Virus record (IMG/VR): IMGVR_UViG_3300011785_000002
Coordinates: 1-64,000 of that record
Reading direction: 5' to 3' (one strand)
Origin: an uncultured virus (IMG/VR IMGVR_UViG_3300011785_000002)
Lineage: Duplodnaviria > Heunggongvirae > Uroviricota > Caudoviricetes
Length of the DNA: 64,000 nt
This document shows, in pieces, positions 39,201 through 47,254 of this stretch (the first letter of the stretch is position 1; the number at the start of each line of letters is the position of its first letter). Under the pieces are notes generated by a model that was not told the origin of the DNA, did not search any database, and saw nothing but the letters and a program-made list of their open reading frames with translations. The translations under genes and the position numbers were made by a program.

Positions 39201-39270
39201 TGCAGTCGAAGACAACATCAGCCGAAATGGTTCGTTGAAACAATTAATTAAGCAGGTAGCTAATGGCTAA
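33271..39270 (+). CDS. tape measure protein with internal lytic transglycosylase (SLT) domain
   Basis: ~2000 aa; TP901-like core (LAQAGFS, G..GS..GT..R); GE.S...SPKGA...MQFMP.T...AAYYNGG; likely start ATG 33271. Confidence 0.92.
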   Translation: MANNSNQSNLNVGLNLNGNAVSSVAQLVKHMEALKKAAVDVGNALDSVDAKTEVMSAQTLKKLNQQMKLLTTSPQMLEQQYYQSINKTAQAGRLNSLINTTKQLHNPNTLNKLIEEHGASTVEKAIETRLNAANLKKDTKAIQRAQLEMQTFKAEMAKYNVSLKGLQQIKAEQDALVSQMLSTPVGAAALRGGMQSKLGRNYTTAAQEKLIRQYMANPSQLAPENASGLATAAPDVLKQQQQMNASKIQATQRLMGQSLLEGTPQSKAQYDLHVKTLAALEDEKTKLQAIGNLRRANLRTQDQELKKIRETTEATKANEKLNSLLNGNLKTRTLSAEQLMQLPQDNLLNREITMKTRLKQANEAMRLSESLGNKKAQKESAQLAIAYQKELDMISRRKKQFDQIDKPNGMVSRFQDMSSGESSGALLGIQGILMRNYMLWGAFVGSIAGSYAFLRDFELALKQTQAISQATNTQVEQLRDNILSVAENSRFTAIEITEAATALAQAGFSMSEIETTLESVTLLATATGSTLKETVDIATASLGAFQLSASNMPSIVNQITQAMNLSKLDIQKFQLAVQYAGNAASDAGLNFEELLASVSTVANAGVRSGSTLGTGFRQLLSDLIAPSAKFEKILTRLGLTTADVDVRTNGLVGTLKQLKEAGFTTADAYESFEVRSVAFYTALANNLDTYDDLLANLDSNTAAMDANEIQMNSLGAQTDRMFNQFKAVAEVVGGPLRDALTALFRLTADIFVGIKELTDNGLVRFVVQVAAGGAALGGTVVVMKGVIGTLAGLGGALKAVSLGMTATATTTVAAGTAVTVMGRTIALTNPVIFALAAALTAAILVATKFTKANEDLKNSVEDSKTVVNQLKDSTANLQTVMAETDKKIVSLESRFESLRDDPAAVAVEMTNLQNKAMELGVTLETDLNNGIQSVIDGWRELRLELGKELEMNLDRQFEELNILAGRMALLRAEEMKNKPRLDSVKGAEENGFDFIANYGNLKEQAGDPLNMAKSAMSGGDPSTRAAARTTLATIFNEVAKASEVTLTSTELMDRVTTVEEAVRNIDSYTTEQIVANQPKWNQMIGEVLGSLRVATDDYRKSSNTTKFSAESRANAKKSAATLVSVSEAIQNLQTTLNSVAQPGREARTVGGQASVQGYVNQYGQSAEVALRSMSAAEHKKIKYNDPRLDAYTVQKGMEKDMDWAIPLLLAIRKDGEASNNNQTSPKGAKSVMQFMPKTWGDFNKGGKRDLNNPADTIDAAYDFVNWISKKYNTTDPAVIAAYYNGGDNDAISVQKTGKAVDKEAQKYVPKVMAGYRKYSSQKGFVTTGNLPLDENAEVGLMRKEYLESQKQKVSDALTALGDASKYSAEQKKLAEDYRSRLTALDQLLSQASSETMNVLRNAQLQHQQEVKKKDSQLKLQDQRATQEIENIEYEIKEFERDMALRGFTKSDVAGRDSLYKKLADAKKAQLELKNQIRLNMSYEYKEDQILTNATLEQMANEQLDFDIQKVDRESETKRKEGLKTLAKEFADKIKEQNDLFITTFKNELLSIKNEYDEAMSILDFDRKQADRNFREFNGLSSLSRERALMDDPRYRDQYTDTQRSKIDREIELLSNQATRAQTPYLEADRNAKVEQVKKLEDALNSLVLKRKEAEVEFDLKINRSGLDQTQVTTLKAELEKDLNKNEKEVNKHREEIWALQDTIANLDLEIKAARNNGLPEQMDMGSIFREKAAETYRLTQTSAAMDSNITTVLDGINGAFNNLINTAIDASDNVDDFFKILTGGAEGTREAFKAMGYSIVQTMAKIVQDTMVKKFMSMMMNWIFPEGGASVGGGGGILGTIVGSIAGAFGQGVVSGTGTLWGMPAANAPTGMTGTIGAGGGVSYMSQGGRVVGSNKNVDDVPIMGADGEYMLPSSVTETVGLGFLERLRKDPNSVVNDKIKINTEGKGKAQVPSFTNVYVVSPDKVPSSTSQSDIIVAVEDNISRNGSLKQLIKQVANG

Positions 39271-40162
39271 ATTTAACTACAGTCAAACCTTTCAGAGACG
39301 AGTCATTAGTGACTCGCCTCTGGAGCGATTCCAATGGGATATGTTTGCTTTTGACACACAATATAATGAACCCTTTGGGCATGTAAGTTTAGGTCAAACG
39401 TCTAGTCAGGGCTTTGTCCCTGATCAGGCTATGCGTCCTATTCGTATTTTCAACCTGGATTTTTCAGGGATGAAAATTTACGATGAAAACCCAGGGGATT
39501 ATCCCTTAAACACCAACTTTAATTATCTCTATGATTTTTATTTAAGACATGGAACCCACAAAAGGTTTGTTTTCGAACATCCAGTATATGGTGATTTAAT
39601 TGTTCGTTTTGGGAAACCATTAAGTGTGCCTAAAAAGACCCCCAATGGTTTAGGGTCACTGCAGACATTTCAAATCCTGTTAATTGAAAGCATTACTACC
39701 CATTATATGTTTTCAGAAACAGAATCGTTTGAAGGTGAACTTCCTTTTCACGCTTCTTTTTATGATGTGGAAATCGATACTGAGGAAGACACTTTGGTAG
39801 CTCCGTTGGGTGGCAACTACGAAATGGTTTTTAAACGAGCTAAGAAACCACTTCGGACCTTCAAATTGTCTGTTCAAGGACTGAGATATTTTCTAAAACC
39901 CGATGGTTCTTTAGACCCTTCTCCTTGTCCAGATCAGAATATGTTCCTCTTGGAATTATTTTATTTAAAACACCGCCTACGTGATCGCTTTATTTTCAGC
40001 TATATGGGTGAAGATACTTACGTCAGATTCAAAGAACCACTTTCGATTCCAAAGGTTGAAGGCAACACGGGTGTGTTAGGTTCTATCGAACTTACTTTGA
40101 TTGAAACACCAAACAAACCGATTTATGAAATTTCTGATTTGAAAGTGAGTAAACCAGAATGA
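39263..40162 (+). CDS. distal tail protein with tandem duplicated domain
   Basis: follows the TMP; two copies of R.F.L...G...FYL.H...RF.F....VRF..PLS.PK. Confidence 0.65.
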   Translation: MAKFNYSQTFQRRVISDSPLERFQWDMFAFDTQYNEPFGHVSLGQTSSQGFVPDQAMRPIRIFNLDFSGMKIYDENPGDYPLNTNFNYLYDFYLRHGTHKRFVFEHPVYGDLIVRFGKPLSVPKKTPNGLGSLQTFQILLIESITTHYMFSETESFEGELPFHASFYDVEIDTEEDTLVAPLGGNYEMVFKRAKKPLRTFKLSVQGLRYFLKPDGSLDPSPCPDQNMFLLELFYLKHRLRDRFIFSYMGEDTYVRFKEPLSIPKVEGNTGVLGSIELTLIETPNKPIYEISDLKVSKPE

Positions 40163-40635
40163 GTACAAACTTAGACTATGAAAAAATAACGAAGCTACAG
40201 CAACAGAATACGATTTATTTGCTGAAAATTAAAATGCCGGACGGACGGTATATTTTTATTTGTGATAGTTTTGAGATTGATTATTTAGGAGATAAATATC
40301 AATACTTGGAATTTACCATGTCTGGGGACAAACAATCCCAAACAGGTGAAAAATCACGTCCAACTTTAAATATCTCCAATCCTAATTATTTTCTCAACCC
40401 ACTGGCCTTGTCAGGTGAATTAATAGGTGCTTTAGTCACTCGCTATCAACTGGAAGCCACCTTCGACGGTTCCACCCAAATCCAACTGGTCAGAAGTAAC
40501 CAATGGAAGATTTACCAAATTAGTGGTGTGAGCACTAATTTAGTTTTACAATTAAGAACCTTAGTGGACTCAGCAAGTCGTACAGTTCCACCAAGGCAGT
40601 ATTTCCCTCCAATGTTCAACCATGTGAATGTGTGA
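40159..40635 (+). CDS. minor tail protein L-like (short)
   Basis: G..Y......G......RPTL.ISN...GA.VTR...P.R pattern of gpL N-terminal part. Confidence 0.7.
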   Translation: MSTNLDYEKITKLQQQNTIYLLKIKMPDGRYIFICDSFEIDYLGDKYQYLEFTMSGDKQSQTGEKSRPTLNISNPNYFLNPLALSGELIGALVTRYQLEATFDGSTQIQLVRSNQWKIYQISGVSTNLVLQLRTLVDSASRTVPPRQYFPPMFNHVNV

Positions 40636-40636
40636 T

Positions 40637-41122
40637 ATGTCTAATATTATTCCTTATGAAAAATATAAACACGTTCTCGACTACCCTGAGCATAAGCTCG
40701 GGGTTTTTGACTGCTACACAGTCATCCGGGACGTTTTGAAAGAAGCCTATGGTGTAGTGATTCCAAACTATGCCCGACCTGAGCATTTTTATTTACCCGA
40801 GCTGGATTTGTTTTCAAAGATAGCAACGGAAGATTTTTTTATTGAACGCCCAACCCTGGACGTGAAACAGTTTCAGGCAGGGGATGTTTTGTCTTTTAAA
40901 ATACAATGCTCAAACGTCAACCATGTTGGTATCTATCTGGGAAATAACCTTTTCTTACACCAGGTTCGGGATGCTTTACCACGTGAGGATAATCTAAGTA
41001 TCTCTTGGTTGAGAAGATTGGCTGCGGTACACTACCATCAAGACGTTGATCAAGAAAAAGTATTGGTCGATTTAATCGACCTAATGCCCGATCATTTGAA
41101 GGTTGAAAGATATGTCACATAA
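40637..41122 (+). CDS. NlpC/P60 tail assembly protein (gpK C-terminal-like)
   Basis: G.FDCY...NHVGIYLG...FLH. Confidence 0.85.
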   Translation: MSNIIPYEKYKHVLDYPEHKLGVFDCYTVIRDVLKEAYGVVIPNYARPEHFYLPELDLFSKIATEDFFIERPTLDVKQFQAGDVLSFKIQCSNVNHVGIYLGNNLFLHQVRDALPREDNLSISWLRRLAAVHYHQDVDQEKVLVDLIDLMPDHLKVERYVT

Positions 41123-41426
41123 TTTTTGGCATCCGGAATTAGAACTTTGCGGATTCCTTTTAAAAGACCAAACAGTGGTCCAAGTAACAAACAAAAGTGC
41201 TAATCCTTATAGCACTTTTGAAATATCTGAGGAAGATATTCAAAAAATTGGGTTAGAAAACATCGAAATCTTTTGGCATAGTCATCCTAATAATGATGAA
41301 AACTTATCGCTTCAAGATTATCGTTCTTTTCTACAATATCCACACCACAAACATCGTATTTATACAGAGAATGGTTTTGCTGAATATTACGTGCGCCGTG
41401 GTTTTGTTCTGCGAGTAGAAGAATGA
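41112..41426 (+). CDS. JAB/MPN domain protein (gpK N-terminal-like)
   Basis: ELCG...N...F.I...WHSHP.....S.QD. Confidence 0.85.
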   Translation: MSHNFWHPELELCGFLLKDQTVVQVTNKSANPYSTFEISEEDIQKIGLENIEIFWHSHPNNDENLSLQDYRSFLQYPHHKHRIYTENGFAEYYVRRGFVLRVEE

Positions 41427-42214
41427 TTTTAAAATTTCATGAAGATTTACGTTTTCTATTTCCTGAACAGGTAAATATTGAAGCAGCTACGCCTTTAGAT
41501 GCCTTAAAACTTATCGCAGTTCAACATCCAATGAATGGCAAGATTGAACCTGTACCGGTTCGGATCAAAGAATTACGCGAGTTAGAGCTTACGATTGATC
41601 CAACACTTGCTGACTCAGGCCGGGTCTATGAAATCGTCCCTGCCAATGCCTTGGAAATTAGCCCAGGCTATGCTGGAGCCAGTGGCGACAATGGTTTATT
41701 AAACATTGTTATTGGGGTGGTGTTAATCGCAGTCGCAGTCTTTGCTCCTTACATGGCTGGTGCTGCTTTAGCAACTACAACAACTGCTGCAGGTACAACG
41801 GTATTCGCATCTGGTACGTTTGCTGCTTATGCTGCATCTGCCGCTATGTCTATCGGTATTAGCCTGGTTTTAACTGGGGCGATGCAGTTATTGGCACCAA
41901 ACAAAAAAGACAACAATGAAGGCAATTACAAGTCCAGGGTTTTTGGATCTGCCACAACGACAGAAGTAGGTACACCGATTCCGATTATTTTTGGACGTCA
42001 CTTGACCTATTTCCATTTGTTTAGTTTTAACGTAGATGCCAGAAACTACAATGGTTTAGATGACCCCGATGATTCACCTTATTTTAAAGGCAAAGCAGAC
42101 GAGTTTTTACCTACTGTGAACCTGAATAAATTTTATGGTTATTTAAAAGCCGGTGATAAAGTTTATTTAAATCAAACAGACAATCAAACATACCGTACTG
42201 GGAGTGAATTCTAA
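41423..42214 (+). CDS. tail assembly protein I-like
   Basis: N-terminal ubiquitin-like part, hydrophobic Ala/Gly stretch, G.PIPIIFG. Confidence 0.75.
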   Translation: MILKFHEDLRFLFPEQVNIEAATPLDALKLIAVQHPMNGKIEPVPVRIKELRELELTIDPTLADSGRVYEIVPANALEISPGYAGASGDNGLLNIVIGVVLIAVAVFAPYMAGAALATTTTAAGTTVFASGTFAAYAASAAMSIGISLVLTGAMQLLAPNKKDNNEGNYKSRVFGSATTTEVGTPIPIIFGRHLTYFHLFSFNVDARNYNGLDDPDDSPYFKGKADEFLPTVNLNKFYGYLKAGDKVYLNQTDNQTYRTGSEF

Positions 42215-45200
42215 TGGGTGGAAAAAAAGGTAAATCCCCTACCATGACGGCAGACAACCTGTTCAACCAAGATACAGTAGAGTTAGGTCTTGCCATTTGT
42301 GAAGGAACCATCCGGGGTTTAACCAACGGATTGAAGACAATGTATGTCGGAGGTACACCGGTAGAATCAGAGACTGGGGAATTAAACTTTCAGGACTTAG
42401 GGATCAGTATTAAGCAAGGCTACTTTGATGATCAACCGACTCGTTATTTAATGGGGGGTGAAGCTTCAATTTTAAACACTGCAAGTAGTGTGTCTTTACC
42501 GGCCGATATTACTCGAACGTTTACTACACCGACCAGTTTTCGGGGTACGTTGTCTTTTATAGATATACGCCTTCTTGTTCAAGCACTTTATGCTGGAGAC
42601 AGCGGTGGAAACATATATGAAAGTTCAGTTCTTTTAGAAGTAAAATATAGAAAAACAGGTGACACTGAATGGCGTTACGTTTTGAAGGGAACTCAAGAAA
42701 TGATTGAGTACCGAAAACGTGTAAATACATTACGTCAAGAGGCTGCAGACCGTGGTTTGAATTTTGATTTAATGTCGGATGAAGAACAGCTAGAGTTTGA
42801 ATTATCTGTTCTAAAAACCATGAAGAATATCACCACTGATGATATTGCAGCTTTTAACGAAGGTATGATCGATTACACCTCAACCAATTTTAGAGGTGGA
42901 CGTGTCTACTCCAACGGGGCTGTTCTACTACCTACCAGCCAGAAGGTTAAGACAAGGGGGTTTGTTCAAAAACACTCTATCCTTGCTGATTACCAGAAGC
43001 AAGATCCAGATTTGACCCTTGAACAATTACAGTATGAATATATGGCCCTGCATGGTAAAACCACCAGTGGTTATATTCATGAAGTTTGTATCCCTATTTT
43101 TGACAACGAAGATGACACCCACGACTGGGAAATTCAGATTACACGTAAAAGTAAAGAACTGACTGCTGACGAGAAAAAATTCTCTGGTAAAGAGATAGTT
43201 ATTGAAAGCATAGCATTAGTCACCGAGCAAGAGCGTTCTTATTCCAAAGTGGCCACTTGTCAGGTTGTTGCCCAACACACAGATCGTTTTAACCAGATTC
43301 CTGATTTCTCTGGGGAGTTCGATGGTTTCATGTGTGAAGTACCAACCAATTATAATCCAGATGCCAGAACCTGGGCTGGGGTTTGGGATGGACGCTTTAA
43401 ACGAGCGTGGACAAACAATAATGCTTTGATTTTACGTGAATTAATCATGAACAGGGACTGGGGAAAGCGAAGTGTTGAACCCATGATTACGATGGATAAC
43501 ACTTCTCTATTCGAAGCAATCCAGTGGTGTGATGAAGAAATAAAAGATATTTCTGGGGAAATGAAGCCAAGACATACCTTTAATATGGTGGTTCAAGATC
43601 AACAAAACCTGGATGACTTTATTACGCTTGTAGCAGGTACTTTTCATTCTGCAGTTCGTGAAGTAATGGGCGTCAACTACATTTTTATTGATCGACCTAA
43701 AACACCTAAATTTTTTGTGTGTCCAGAAACTATTTTGCAGACCGATTTTCATTTCACAATGATGGATTTGCAAACCCAATATAATGAAATTAAGGTTAGT
43801 TTCCCGAACGCGGACAACAACTACACTGAGGATCGTCGTCGCGTGATTGACGAGCCAAGTATTGTACGCAACGGTTACATTCCTTATTCTTTTCAAGCCA
43901 CCGGTGTGACCAACTTGACTGAAGCTTTACGTCAGGCTGCGTATATCCTATACACCAACCGTGACGAGAATATTTTTGCGACCTATTCACAGCCACGTTT
44001 GGGCCACTTGGTGAATTTATATGACACCTTTTACCTTGCGTGTAAAAACAATGGTTGGGGGAATAGCGCACGTATCGCTGGATATGATCAGAGGACAGGA
44101 ATTATCACTTTACGTGACCCTATCCTGGAACTGCCTAGTTCTGAAAGCTACTCAATTACGTATCACAAACCTGCAGGTTTAGAAACAATCCAGGTTAAAA
44201 CCATAGATGGTCTTCGTCTTCAAGTGGAAGGTGCTTATATAGATTTTGCCAAGCATGGTTACTTGGTAGAAGAAGCGCCTATCATCATCGCCGGTGGTAG
44301 TTATGGTGCACCTAAAACTTTCCGTGTGATTGAAATGAATCAGACAGATTCAGACAACGTGGCTCAAGGTGAATTATTTACCTTTAAAACTTGTATTGTC
44401 TCTACTTCAAAATACGCCAAGTTGGATAATATTTGGGATGAAGAAAACCTGGATTTAGGACTGGAAAAAGAACTGGTAATCTATAAACGTGAAAAAACAC
44501 CAAGCAAACCTAAAGATGTTCGCTTGTACGCTATGGATAAAGGTAATGCTGAAGGCCAGCTGGTTTATAAGCTAATTTTTGAGGCGGATATACAGGCACC
44601 TGAGTATGAAGTTATCTGGGTAAATGAAGACTCTGGTGAGATTCGCCAGACATATATTCAAAATACTGAAGATCTACTGGCTCCGGCCTTTGACTACAAT
44701 ATTCCTGTCAGCATTAAAATAACCCCAATAAACTACGCTGGTGAACGGATGGATTCTGTAATTATGCAGAAAGTAGCACCTTCCTCTTTTATCCAGACTC
44801 AAATACCTGGTTTGGTTAGCATGACCTATGATGATTCCTTGGGGGGTGTGACCTTTACATGGGATAGTGATTCTGAAGACATTTTCCCATACAATCATAT
44901 CCTGGTTGATTATCGAAGCCCATCGAATATTAAAACAGGGATCAGGTTAGCAAAAGACCTTCGAAGCTTCACTGTTCCATTTGGAGGTTCTGGGGATTAT
45001 GTTGTTCAAATCAGCTACGTAGTCACCCCAGTGGAAGGTTTAGGTTATTCGGGTGAAGTTGCTGGACCAGTTTGGACTTATTCTTTAGACGCTACAGAAA
45101 TTGAATCCAAGCTAAATATCCCTACAAACCTGGATTTGAACATGGTAAAAACTATGGTGGTTTCATCCTCGTCTAATCAAGGGGAAATTATCCCTGCTCC

Positions 45201-45603
45201 TACAGGTTACGGTTTCATTAGTAGTTTTTCTTTTAATATTCCAGGCAGACTCACCAACCTGGAAGTAGCTTCTAACAAACAACCGTTCGCCTTGGAATAC
45301 ACACCATCTTCTGTAACTACTGGTGCGACATGGACGGAATTTACCTATTTTGGTGAAAACCCTACCTTGAAAGTGAACGTAAAAACAGTAGATGGGAACC
45401 CTAAAATCATATTGCAAAAATCTGATTTAACACCATCGCAGTCTTTCAAACTAGGCGGCTGGTTCCGTATCAAAGCCCGGTATGTAGAAGGTGGTTTTGA
45501 TTCAGTCAAAGACTCAGACTGGGTCATGATCCAGATTCCGACTAATGTACCTGATGAATCTTTATTTAACCCTGAAGATCTTTACGAACAACAGCTTAAT
45601 TAA
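42214..45603 (+). CDS. tail tip / central fiber protein (gpJ-like)
   Basis: CEG.I.GL, VP.NY.P..R...G.WDG.FK.AWTNN.A motifs. Confidence 0.88.
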   Translation: MGGKKGKSPTMTADNLFNQDTVELGLAICEGTIRGLTNGLKTMYVGGTPVESETGELNFQDLGISIKQGYFDDQPTRYLMGGEASILNTASSVSLPADITRTFTTPTSFRGTLSFIDIRLLVQALYAGDSGGNIYESSVLLEVKYRKTGDTEWRYVLKGTQEMIEYRKRVNTLRQEAADRGLNFDLMSDEEQLEFELSVLKTMKNITTDDIAAFNEGMIDYTSTNFRGGRVYSNGAVLLPTSQKVKTRGFVQKHSILADYQKQDPDLTLEQLQYEYMALHGKTTSGYIHEVCIPIFDNEDDTHDWEIQITRKSKELTADEKKFSGKEIVIESIALVTEQERSYSKVATCQVVAQHTDRFNQIPDFSGEFDGFMCEVPTNYNPDARTWAGVWDGRFKRAWTNNNALILRELIMNRDWGKRSVEPMITMDNTSLFEAIQWCDEEIKDISGEMKPRHTFNMVVQDQQNLDDFITLVAGTFHSAVREVMGVNYIFIDRPKTPKFFVCPETILQTDFHFTMMDLQTQYNEIKVSFPNADNNYTEDRRRVIDEPSIVRNGYIPYSFQATGVTNLTEALRQAAYILYTNRDENIFATYSQPRLGHLVNLYDTFYLACKNNGWGNSARIAGYDQRTGIITLRDPILELPSSESYSITYHKPAGLETIQVKTIDGLRLQVEGAYIDFAKHGYLVEEAPIIIAGGSYGAPKTFRVIEMNQTDSDNVAQGELFTFKTCIVSTSKYAKLDNIWDEENLDLGLEKELVIYKREKTPSKPKDVRLYAMDKGNAEGQLVYKLIFEADIQAPEYEVIWVNEDSGEIRQTYIQNTEDLLAPAFDYNIPVSIKITPINYAGERMDSVIMQKVAPSSFIQTQIPGLVSMTYDDSLGGVTFTWDSDSEDIFPYNHILVDYRSPSNIKTGIRLAKDLRSFTVPFGGSGDYVVQISYVVTPVEGLGYSGEVAGPVWTYSLDATEIESKLNIPTNLDLNMVKTMVVSSSSNQGEIIPAPTGYGFISSFSFNIPGRLTNLEVASNKQPFALEYTPSSVTTGATWTEFTYFGENPTLKVNVKTVDGNPKIILQKSDLTPSQSFKLGGWFRIKARYVEGGFDSVKDSDWVMIQIPTNVPDESLFNPEDLYEQQLN

Positions 45604-45608
45604 CATGC

Positions 45609-45642
45609 TAAAATGCGCTCTATCTAGGGCGCATTTTATTTT
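45609..45642 (+). terminator. intrinsic terminator overlapped by an extended -10 (TGCTAAAAT, 45606-45614)
   Basis: TAAAATGCGCTCTA / TAGGGCGCATTTTA. Confidence 0.75.
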
Positions 45643-45644
45643 GA

Positions 45645-46115
45645 GTGATTATGTCTACAGCTTCTCAACCAGTTTACAATTTTGTTTTCGACCTTGAACA
45701 AATTAAAACTCAAGTAAATAATCTTGCTGCTCGAATTGGTCAAGACATTAAAGCGTTACGTGACAATACTGATTTAGGAACATATAAACTAACCGGTTTG
45801 AATGTAAACCTAACTGGGGCTGTGACCTCAACTGATACTATTGTTCAGGCCATTGGTAGACTTCAAAAACAAGCAAATGATGCTTTAAGAACAACAACCC
45901 TTTCTGCATCTTCCAACGCTGACAATCTATCTGGTTCTGGTTTGTTTGTGATCTCAGCCCCAGCCACGGCTAATAACTTTCCAACAACAGTGTCTGGATC
46001 CTTGACCCAGGCTGTGATAGGTTCTTCTAAAACACAACAATATTTAACCAATACAGGTTTATTTTATGTACGTGGTTATAATGGTTCCACATGGTCTGAA
46101 TGGCGTTCAATTTAA
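45645..46115 (+). CDS. short tail-fiber-like protein with C-terminal knob domain
   Basis: TDTI.QA.G.LQ repeat unit; QQY......Y.R......WS.W terminus. Confidence 0.65.
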   Translation: MIMSTASQPVYNFVFDLEQIKTQVNNLAARIGQDIKALRDNTDLGTYKLTGLNVNLTGAVTSTDTIVQAIGRLQKQANDALRTTTLSASSNADNLSGSGLFVISAPATANNFPTTVSGSLTQAVIGSSKTQQYLTNTGLFYVRGYNGSTWSEWRSI

Positions 46116-46120
46116 AGACG

Positions 46121-46150
46121 TAAAAAAGCCACTCGTTTGAGTGGCTTTTC
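46121..46150. terminator. bidirectional terminator between convergent modules
   Basis: AAAAAAGCCACTC / GAGTGGCTTTT. Confidence 0.9.
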
Positions 46151-46156
46151 TTTGAC

Positions 46157-47251
46157 TTAGATTAAGCCCAGTTCTTTTTCAATGTCAGAATCTTTTTTGA
46201 ATCCGACTTTTGGATACTTCCAATCACCAACCATGGCACCGATTTGGTAGTTTGTACCGGCTGTTTCAAAGAAGTTGTCCAGAGATCCGGCAAATAAAGA
46301 AGATGCCCAAGTCAATTCAAGAATATCACCTACTTCCGGGAACAGTTTAGGCGCATTAATATTCAATTTTTTCAAACGAATATTGGCCAGTTGTTTCAGG
46401 AAAACTTCAATATCTTCAATGGTAAGCCCAGGCAGTGCTCCTCGTTTGAACACAGCCTTGGCATAATTCACACCACGTGTCACAGCACCACGGAACATTT
46501 CCAGAATGGCTTTATACAGTTTTTTGTATTGTTTAGAACCAACAAAATCTGGGTTTTCTTCCAGTTCTTTGTTGAAGAACCAGGTTAGGATGTAACAGTG
46601 GTCGTTTTCATCACGGCCAGACCAGGATACGACTTCTTGACCCAATGCTTTCATTTTACCAAAGCGTGAATCATTCAAAAGCATCAAGAAAATGCCGTAG
46701 ATACCTACACCTTCACCACAAACATGAATGGTTAAATCTGCCAGGCGTTCTGCAACACCTTTACCTTCAAACTGCTTGGCCAGCATGAAGTTACGTTGTT
46801 CAGCTACTTCATCCACATTTAATAGTTCAGAGTATTCAATACGTGGAATACCAAACTGGTCTGGGAGCATATCGTAGCAATCAACGTGAGTCATTTCACG
46901 GTCGATGATACGAGCAAGTGCCATACGTAGTTCTGGTTGCTTGTAGTGTTTCGCCAAACGGTCGAAGTAAGACGCTGCCACATCGACGTCTGCTTGCGTG
47001 AAATAGTTCAGCAAAAACTGACGTGGAGCACGTTCTTCATCCGTCATGGCCTTCCAATCAGCTACGTCTTCGTGAAGTGTACGTACTTCTTCACGGGTCC
47101 AGTTCATGCGACGATGATCTTCAGCCATTTTGTAAGCTTCTGGATAACGACGGGGCTGTAAATAGGCCCGTGAATCTGTTAGCTTCAGCTCCCAGAAGCC
47201 TTCAGGCATCTGGGATTTGTTTTCATTAACGTTGTTTTCTAAATGGTCCAT
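46157..47251 (-). CDS. nrdB: ribonucleotide reductase class I beta subunit
   Basis: FTQAD.DV, E..H...Y, EG, DE..H di-metal ligands; NFFE...Y tail. Confidence 0.92.
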   Translation of the reverse strand: MDHLENNVNENKSQMPEGFWELKLTDSRAYLQPRRYPEAYKMAEDHRRMNWTREEVRTLHEDVADWKAMTDEERAPRQFLLNYFTQADVDVAASYFDRLAKHYKQPELRMALARIIDREMTHVDCYDMLPDQFGIPRIEYSELLNVDEVAEQRNFMLAKQFEGKGVAERLADLTIHVCGEGVGIYGIFLMLLNDSRFGKMKALGQEVVSWSGRDENDHCYILTWFFNKELEENPDFVGSKQYKKLYKAILEMFRGAVTRGVNYAKAVFKRGALPGLTIEDIEVFLKQLANIRLKKLNINAPKLFPEVGDILELTWASSLFAGSLDNFFETAGTNYQIGAMVGDWKYPKVGFKKDSDIEKELGLI

Positions 47252-47254
47252 GGT

